DNA of 4,368 nucleotides from a virus (Duplodnaviria; Heunggongvirae; Uroviricota; Caudoviricetes): IMG/VR virus record IMGVR_UViG_2671180915_000012; one strand, 5' to 3'. Shown piece by piece: positions 1 to 4,368 of this stretch (position 1 is its first letter; each line of letters starts with the position of its first letter). The notes under the pieces were generated by a model. It saw only the letters and a program-made list of their open reading frames with translations, ran no database searches and was not told where the DNA came from. The position numbers and the translations under genes were made by a program.

Positions 1-249
1 CAGGAGTTGCTCGACTGCATTTCAAAGCTTCGGGATGATGTAAATGCCCTCACTGTTGCATTTTCATATTTGGCCTTATCAATTCCCAGAGAACAAATGC
101 AACCAACACTGGCATCGCTCCTGCTTGAATCACGCAACCCCAAATGGTCCCAGGAACAACAAAATTCTTTCAAGTGGCTGGCGGCATTACTGGAAGAAAA
201 ATATGCTGGTAAAATTACCATTTCGGTGGAGTCTTCAGAGAATCAGTAA
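1..249 (+). CDS. 3' portion of a protein of unknown function; frame is open to the left window edge, so the 5' end is missing
   Basis: Frame open from position 1 (QELLDCISKLRDD...SVESSENQ) to TAA at 247-249. Composition is protein-like with amphipathic Leu/Glu/Lys-rich stretches. The only in-window ATG in frame (97) has no Shine-Dalgarno, so the true start is probably upstream of the window. The antisense frame is also open but Ser/Cys-rich and looks non-coding. No family recognised. Confidence 0.4.
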   Translation, partial: QELLDCISKLRDDVNALTVAFSYLALSIPREQMQPTLASLLLESRNPKWSQEQQNSFKWLAALLEEKYAGKITISVESSENQ

Positions 250-559
250 TTCTTCCTGGTAGCTTTCCTTTGTAGGTTATCCACACATTCTGCGCCTCTA
301 AAATTACGGGGCGCTTTTCCGGCGACTGCTCATCCCCTTCACATAACCCGGCTGCAACTTCCAGGAAGACCTGTCTGATGCTCCTTCTGGCTGCTGCCTC
401 ATAAAACTCCAGCGCGGCACCTTCAACACGGTCCAGCGAGATGTCCAGGTCAAAAATTTCACCGTCAAAGCGTTTTTTGTCCCTTAATGCTACAGTTACC
501 GCAACTTTATTCTCAAAATTGCGGATCCCTTTCACAATCAGTTCATAGTTTTGTGTCAT
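215..559 (-). CDS. DUF1327-family prophage protein (YdfR-like), 114 aa
   Basis: N-terminal half (MTQNYELIVKGIRNFENKVAVTVAL...DRVEGAALEFYEAAARR) matches my recollection of E. coli YdfR/DUF1327, which sits next to the holin in 21-like lysis cassettes. Start chosen at ATG 559 because GGGGAGAG lies 7 nt upstream; the track's start at 580 is TTG and overlaps the holin. Stop TAA at 217-215. C-terminal tail is longer than the ~103 aa I recall for K-12 YdfR. Confidence 0.65.
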   Translation of the reverse strand: MTQNYELIVKGIRNFENKVAVTVALRDKKRFDGEIFDLDISLDRVEGAALEFYEAAARRSIRQVFLEVAAGLCEGDEQSPEKRPVILEAQNVWITYKGKLPGRITDSLKTPPKW

Positions 560-563
560 TGAA

Positions 564-779
564 TTACTCTCCCCGTGCAACCTTACGCTTGTCTTCTTTA
601 ATCTTGAAATAAAGGTTTGTCAGGTACGTCAGCAAGCCAAATACCAGACTACCCAGCACACCGATTGCAGCCCACTGTGACGGAGTTACTTTATCGAGTA
701 ACTGCAATGCCCAGAAACCAGCATTACCAGCCGATGTGCCATAGGCGATACCTGTTGTTAACTTATCCATTGATTTCAT
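564..779 (-). CDS. essQ: Class II phage holin (S21-type pinholin) with dual-start motif, 71/68 aa
   Basis: [71 protein letters not shown] is near-identical to phage 21 S / E. coli EssQ as I remember them. Has the Met1-Lys-Ser-Met4 dual start, two hydrophobic segments and a charged C-terminus. GAGGA sits 1 nt before ATG1 and about 10 nt before ATG4. Confidence 0.9.
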   Translation of the reverse strand: MKSMDKLTTGIAYGTSAGNAGFWALQLLDKVTPSQWAAIGVLGSLVFGLLTYLTNLYFKIKEDKRKVARGE

Positions 780-997
780 ATCCTCACCCCGATGTACACA
801 GATGGTGCAATATGTTTGAAAAGATCGGAGTCTATGGGGTAGTTTTTATAGCAAACGTTGTTCTCAACGGCGCTAAAAAACAGACACATTAAAAATGTGG
901 GTAATTATTTTAAAAGAAAATCATATATTAAATAATAATACGAGATATGTTTTCATATTTAGTGTACTGTATACGGCCATTTATACAGGAAAAGCCT

Positions 998-1168
998 ATG
1001 TCAGAACGTAAAGACTCAAAATCACGCCGTAATTATCTCGTTAAATGTTCCTGCCCAAACTGCACCCAAGAGTCAGAACACAGTTTTTCAAGAGTACAAA
1101 AAGGTGCCCTTTTGATCTGCCCTCATTGCAACAAAGTATTCCAGACAAATCTTAAAGCTGTAGCTTGA
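998..1168 (+). CDS. ynfU: Small zinc-ribbon protein, 56 aa (YnfU-like)
   Basis: ATG at 998 is preceded by AGGAAAAG (SD, ~7 nt spacing); stop TGA 1166-1168. Protein MSERKDSKSRRNYLVKCSCPNCTQ...ICPHCNKVFQTNLKAVA has two CxxC pairs. Length, motif and position between holin and cspB match my memory of K-12 YnfU; symbol is from memory, not a search. The track's upstream ATG at 947 lacks an SD. Confidence 0.6.
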   Translation: MSERKDSKSRRNYLVKCSCPNCTQESEHSFSRVQKGALLICPHCNKVFQTNLKAVA

Positions 1169-1230
1169 TTGATTTTATTCGTAACAAGTATTTTTTATAT
1201 TTTAATAACATATTTAAAGCAGATAATAAA

Positions 1231-1250
1231 AAACCCGCCTGAGCGGGTTT
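1231..1250. terminator. Rho-independent terminator hairpin, strongest for minus-strand transcripts (end of cspB transcript), weakly bidirectional
   Basis: AAACCCGC-CTGA-GCGGGTTT forms an 8-bp GC-rich stem with a 4-nt loop. Minus-strand tail is TTTTTTATTAT; plus-strand tail is the weaker TAATATT. Confidence 0.65.
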
Positions 1251-1531
1251 AATATTGTGGTACTTTTTGTGGGAGTCATCCACTTACGCACTTTGTTTTG
1301 CTATGCCAGCAGTTAGCTTCTGCTGTAAAACTATTCATGCAGCAAACCTGCACTTCACCACAATGGTTAGCATACTTTTCCTGATTAAGTTATTGCCAAA
1401 TATGCTGGCCATTGTTTCATGTATTGGACCTCCTTACTCTTTATTAAAGAGATCCAATATTCACCACTCTGTCTGTATCTCCACTCAGGCATCAGCCTTC
1501 TTCGTTATCGTATACAGACAAACTATGAATT

Positions 1532-1747
1532 TTAATCAGTAATTATGACATTTGCTGCTGCAGGACCTTTAGCACCACTCTCTACAGAGAAGGTAACCTT
1601 TTGACCTTCAAATAAGGTTCGATAATTATCATTCTGAATCGCAGAAAAATGCACAAACACATCTTTACTACCATCAACAGGAGAAATAAAGCCAAAACCT
1701 TTATCAGCGTTAAACCATTTTACTAAACCAGTCATTTTATTTGACAT
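1532..1747 (-). CDS. cspB: Cold-shock protein CspB (CspA family, S1-like cold-shock domain), 71 aa
   Basis: [71 protein letters not shown] carries the RNP1/RNP2 motifs (KGFGFI, VFVHF) and the CspB-specific residues I recall. AAGGAA SD 6 nt upstream of ATG 1747. Confidence 0.95.
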   Translation of the reverse strand: MSNKMTGLVKWFNADKGFGFISPVDGSKDVFVHFSAIQNDNYRTLFEGQKVTFSVESGAKGPAAANVIITD

Positions 1748-1889
1748 TCTACATTCCTTAACTTGAGCCTTTCGGCATAAATGGCTTGTATAACAGAAAC
1801 GACTTCGTACTTAATTGGAGAGACTCAAAGAAGGAATAAGTGAATAACACCTGAAATGAGAACTGCTTTAGTAAACTACTTCGTATATC

Positions 1890-1905
1890 GTCTGTTCTTC
1901 AAACC
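1890..1905 (-). promoter_or_regulatory. Cold-box-like element at the 5' end of the cspB leader
   Basis: Minus strand reads GGTTTGAAGAACAGAC, close to the cspA leader start GGUUUGACGUACAGAC as I recall it, followed by a shared TAAAGCAG. It lies just downstream of the predicted TSS (~1908), giving a ~160-nt 5' UTR as in cspA. Confidence 0.5.
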
Positions 1906-1914
1906 GACGCAATC

Positions 1915-1943
1915 ATTAACGCATAGTTGAACATATGAAGCAA
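1915..1943 (-). promoter_or_regulatory. Putative sigma70 promoter of cspB (-35 TTGCTT, 17-nt spacer, -10 GTTAAT)
   Basis: Minus strand TTGCTT-CATATGTTCAACTATGC-GTTAAT resembles the cspA promoter (TTGCAT / CTTAAT) with an AT-rich upstream tract. Predicted start ~1908 is consistent with the cold-box position. Confidence 0.45.
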
Positions 1944-2047
1944 TGTTTATTTTAGACATCCAGCCATCTTCAACCCCATCAAAAAACTATAGCTTTCTTC
2001 AGGAACGTGTGTATAGTGCGCCAAGTTATCAGTATTAAGGAATTTTT

Positions 2048-2260
2048 TTGTCCCGTAAAATGACAGGAATTCTCAAAACCTTTGACGGCAAAAGCGGCAA
2101 AGGTCTTATAACCCCATCCGATGGTCGTATCGATGTCCAGCTTCATGTTTCAGCGCTCAATCTCCGCGATGCAGAAGAAATTACCACCGGATTACGCGTG
2201 GAATTTTGCCGGATAAATGGTCTGCGTGGACCATCAGCTGCCAATGTTTACCTTTCATGA
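2048..2260 (+). CDS. cspF: Cold-shock protein family member CspF, 70 aa, apparent TTG start
   Basis: [70 protein letters not shown] matches CspF/CspH, the divergent CspA paralogs lacking canonical RNP motifs. AAGGAA SD 5 nt before TTG 2048; the conserved MSRKMTG N-terminus supports the non-ATG start. Confidence 0.9.
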   Translation: MSRKMTGILKTFDGKSGKGLITPSDGRIDVQLHVSALNLRDAEEITTGLRVEFCRINGLRGPSAANVYLS

Positions 2261-2314
2261 GCTATATTAAAGCTTTAACTTCAAGCCCCATCGAATCAAA
2301 CATGGAGAGTTTTC

Positions 2315-2404
2315 ATGAATAAACCCGTCTGTCTTGATGACTGGTTGATTGGCTTTAAAAGCTTATGCTGTACTTTGACCTTAATAGCTCTGCTAATAAT
2401 ATAA
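2315..2404 (+). CDS. Candidate small ORF, 29 aa, hydrophobic C-terminus (possible small membrane protein)
   Basis: GGAGAG sits 5 nt upstream of ATG 2315; ORF ends TAA 2402-2404. Peptide [29 protein letters not shown] has a polar N-terminus and a TM-like tail. Below the track's length cutoff; no homolog recalled. Confidence 0.25.
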   Translation: MNKPVCLDDWLIGFKSLCCTLTLIALLII

Positions 2405-2553
2405 TAAGCAGACTCATTGTATCTATGGACATTGTACTGGAAGAAAGCATTTTAAACATCAGGCAAAAAACAAAGTCACCCGATAAATAATAAGTAAACT
2501 AACATGAATCCCGTAATGAGATTCAACATCTCTATTACCCTATTTAAAGCACA

Positions 2554-2577
2554 AAAACCCGCTCATCAGCGGGTTTT
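2554..2577. terminator. Intrinsic terminator; on the minus strand it is the tR'-like terminator downstream of the late promoter, and it may also end cspF-side plus-strand transcripts
   Basis: AAAACCCGCT-CATC-AGCGGGTTTT forms a 10-bp stem with a 4-nt loop. Minus-strand tail TTTTTGTGCTTT; plus-strand tail CTACTTTTTCTT. Confidence 0.7.
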
Positions 2578-2622
2578 CTACTTTTTCTTAACTTCGGGTA
2601 TACAAAGCCCATCGTTGAAAAA

Positions 2623-2651
2623 ATTTTATCCATATTTTTTGAAAAATGCAA
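2623..2651 (-). promoter_or_regulatory. Putative late promoter pR' (-35 TTGCAT, 17-nt spacer, -10 TAAAAT); the qut site for the Q antiterminator is expected to overlap it
   Basis: Minus strand TTGCAT-TTTTCAAAAAATATGGA-TAAAAT lies directly downstream of the Q gene stop (2683) and ~45 nt upstream of the terminator hairpin. This is the canonical lambdoid Q / pR' / short transcript / tR' layout. Confidence 0.6.
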
Positions 2652-2682
2652 GCATCACGTCGCCATCTTCGGCGAAAATCAC

Positions 2683-3435
2683 TTATCTCGTCACCTTTCT
2701 CAATTGTGCTTCAGCGTAAGATTCCTCCTGCCAGCACTTTGTAACCAGTTTATCAATGACATTTGCATATCCTTTATACCACTGATAATCACTCAGGTCC
2801 GGTACCAGCTTCTGGACATGATGCCGCGCCAGTGTGGTTGGTAAACGACTAAACCGTTTTCCATTGCAACGCCCACAAATCTTATAAACAGGTGTGCCAT
2901 GAAGCCGGGTCCTTTTTTCATCCAAGACAATACCTTTACCCTTACACCCTCTGCACGCTGTGCTGACTTCTCCCTTACCATGGCAATGCTGACATAGTTC
3001 CTTCACCCACTCTTCTTTGATAACAGATTCCCCGCTTCTGGAGTGTTTCACCACTTCGCGCAATACATTATGAAATCCAGTACCAGCACAATGCTCACAA
3101 CGAGCCTTACTTGCCGCAGACCTGGAATAATCAGCAAAGGCAAAATTCACAAGGTAAGGAATAATCTGTAGCCGGGTTTCTTCACTCAATTTATTCAATG
3201 TCGGGTTATCCAGTGCCATCGCGTAATTGAGCAGACCTTCAATCGCAAACTGAGGATCCTGAACACCAACTTTTGCCAGGAATAAGGCAAACCCAAGCGG
3301 TGCTTTCGACTGCACCATCCCCTGCGCAGCCATCACATCCGTAATCGTTAAACCACCAGAGCCTGTCGCCGGTGCGTCATCACTCAATTTTGGAGATTTT
3401 GGGGAGTAATATTTTGGTAAGGCTTCAAGGTTCAT
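2683..3435 (-). CDS. quuQ: Late-gene antitermination protein Q (QuuQ-like), 250 aa, with a four-repeat CxxCxGxG cysteine-rich domain
   Basis: 250-aa ORF with GGAGAA SD 5 nt before ATG 3435. Sits immediately upstream of the promoter/terminator module and downstream of the DUF968 gene, as for quuQ in Qin by my recollection. Contains CEHCAGTG, CQHCHGKG, CRGCKGKG and CGRCNGKR (about 2854-3099). Confidence 0.85.
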   Translation of the reverse strand: MNLEALPKYYSPKSPKLSDDAPATGSGGLTITDVMAAQGMVQSKAPLGFALFLAKVGVQDPQFAIEGLLNYAMALDNPTLNKLSEETRLQIIPYLVNFAFADYSRSAASKARCEHCAGTGFHNVLREVVKHSRSGESVIKEEWVKELCQHCHGKGEVSTACRGCKGKGIVLDEKRTRLHGTPVYKICGRCNGKRFSRLPTTLARHHVQKLVPDLSDYQWYKGYANVIDKLVTKCWQEESYAEAQLRKVTR

Positions 3436-3448
3436 GCTCGTTCTCCAC

Positions 3449-4368
3449 TTACGCCAGTACGCCTATTGCCAGCGCACGATCGATAAAACGAAATATCAGC
3501 TCCAGCTGGGAGCCATACTTCTCTTCAAATGCCACGGTATCCGCATGCAGCTCGTCGTGATGCTTTCTGCACAAAGGCAACACAAAAAGGTCATGCGCTT
3601 TTGTACCCATTCCCCCCTGACCGTGGCCTATCAGGTGGTGGGGATCATCAGCAGGTTTTCCACAACATGCGCACGGCTGCGTCTTAACCCAGCGCGTGTA
3701 CTTTTCATTAACCCAGCGGTGACGTTTTGGGCGTAACATAAAAGACTCCGGCGACTCCGGATCCACTTTCAGCGCCAGCACCTTTTTCGCCTTATCCTGG
3801 ATGATGCTGGTGGCAGGAACCGAAGGCACAAGGTCACTTTCCCGGGTAACAGACGGCACAACAGGCTTCGGTAATCTCAGTGCCTTACGGGCTGCACTTT
3901 CCGGTAAGGCATCCGCCAGATCATTACGAATCAGCCACCAGCACAGTTCCGGCATTGTCACAACATGACTGTCATCAAAACCGAGATCCCGACGCACAAC
4001 AGACAACACCCAGCGGGCACAGTTATCCGTTGCCATTGATTCCAGCCGTTCCGTGAACTGATCGCGCAGCTGGTTATCGCAGTGCCAGCACAGACGGATT
4101 GCGCCCGGAGCGTGTCGCATTGTTGTCATGTTCTCGCTGTGCCAGTCGGAATGAGGCCACTGGCAGCCTTTTTCACGAAGTAACCAGCTTTCAAGACATT
4201 CCACGCCACCAGCACGACGGATCACTGCCTCATTGCGGAACACGGCCCGAACGGCAGGATCATCCGCCAGTGAACCGCCCCGGAAATCCTGGAGACTAAA
4301 CTCCCTGAGAAAGAGGTAAACAGGATGACTAAAAATACTCGTTTTTCCCCCGAAGTCCGTCAGCGGGC
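3449..4368 (-). CDS. ydfU: DUF968-family prophage protein (YdfU-like) with a C-terminal HNH-like zinc-binding motif; N-terminus lies beyond the right window edge
   Basis: Frame is open from the right edge (4366) to TAA 3451-3449; the track's GTG at 4243 is only the first in-window start. C-terminal CACCGKPADDPHHLIGHGQGG...LCRKHHDELH (about 3545-3673) resembles an HNH nuclease core. Only 13 nt separate it from quuQ, suggesting an operon. Confidence 0.8.
   Translation of the reverse strand, partial: PLTDFGGKTSIFSHPVYLFLREFSLQDFRGGSLADDPAVRAVFRNEAVIRRAGGVECLESWLLREKGCQWPHSDWHSENMTTMRHAPGAIRLCWHCDNQLRDQFTERLESMATDNCARWVLSVVRRDLGFDDSHVVTMPELCWWLIRNDLADALPESAARKALRLPKPVVPSVTRESDLVPSVPATSIIQDKAKKVLALKVDPESPESFMLRPKRHRWVNEKYTRWVKTQPCACCGKPADDPHHLIGHGQGGMGTKAHDLFVLPLCRKHHDELHADTVAFEEKYGSQLELIFRFIDRALAIGVLA

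Noticed and set aside
1-221. Minus-strand frame beginning with an ATG at 221-219 that overlaps the DUF1327 stop (ATGGTAA) and stays open to the left edge, at first sight a translationally coupled downstream gene such as the endolysin
   Set aside because: The translation (MVILPAYFSSSNAASHLKEFCCSWDHLGLRDSSRS...) is Ser/Cys-rich and low-complexity and resembles no lysozyme. It is most likely the antisense shadow of the plus-strand ORF.
44-262. Track ORF, plus strand, 72 aa
   Set aside because: Alternative frame of the left-edge ORF; His/Trp/Cys-rich junk composition and no SD.
617-892. Track ORF, plus strand, 91 aa
   Set aside because: Antisense to the well-supported holin gene; composition is not protein-like.
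947-997. Upstream ATG at 947 that would extend the zinc-ribbon ORF to 73 aa
   Set aside because: No SD before 947 and the extension (MFSYLVYCIRPFIQEKP) lies in the AT-rich promoter-like region. ATG 998 has a good SD and gives the 56-aa product.
1385-1492. Minus-strand 35-aa ORF (MPSWRYRQSGEYWISLIKSKEVQYMKQWPAYLAIT)
   Set aside because: No recognisable SD and Trp/Tyr-rich random-like composition.
1255-1542. Track ORF, plus strand, 95 aa, in the cspB 3' region
   Set aside because: Cys/Phe/Leu-rich, no SD, overlaps the cspB stop; looks non-coding.
2008-2017. Possible cspF promoter -10 (TATAGT preceded by TG)
   Set aside because: No acceptable -35 at 16-18 nt spacing and the TG is mis-spaced for an extended -10. 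Left as an open question rather than a feature.
2478-2531. Minus-strand 17-aa hydrophobic peptide (MLNLITGFMLVYLLFIG) immediately downstream of the tR'-like terminator
   Set aside because: Very short, only a weak SD-like sequence, and easily produced by chance in AT-rich DNA. Worth a look only if ribosome profiling shows initiation.
2504-2719. Track ORF, plus strand, 71 aa
   Set aside because: Runs across the terminator hairpin and the late promoter and overlaps the Q stop; implausible as a gene.
2793-2981. Track ORF, minus strand, 62 aa, inside quuQ
   Set aside because: Alternative frame within the Q gene; the Q frame is far better supported.
3372-3736. Track ORFs, plus strand (3372..3560 and 3434..3736)
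   Set aside because: Antisense to the quuQ/ydfU coding sequence with poor composition.
3740-3775. Short direct repeat GACTCCGG x2 with a TCCGGA palindrome
   Set aside because: Lies inside the ydfU coding sequence and is too short to distinguish from chance.
4099-4299. Track ORF, plus strand, 66 aa
   Set aside because: Antisense to ydfU; Arg/Pro/His-rich shadow frame.

Overview
This window reads as the late-control and lysis region of a Qin-like lambdoid prophage from Escherichia/Shigella, recognised from memory of the protein families; no database search was possible. On the minus strand a partial DUF968 (YdfU-like) gene is followed by a Q-type antiterminator (QuuQ-like), then a sigma70 late promoter and intrinsic terminator (pR'/tR'-like), then an AT-rich cold-shock insert carrying cspF (+), cspB (-) and a 56-aa zinc-ribbon gene (+), then an S21-type dual-start pinholin and a DUF1327 (YdfR-like) gene. 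At the left edge, where an endolysin would be expected, there is instead a convergent plus-strand ORF of unknown function that runs off the window and overlaps the DUF1327 3' end. I saw no rRNA, tRNA, CRISPR array or IS element. The points most worth follow-up are that left-edge ORF, a duplicated terminator module flanking the csp cassette, two unannotated small hydrophobic ORFs, and the uncharacterised DUF968/DUF1327 proteins. All coordinates were hand-counted and promoter and terminator calls are by eye.
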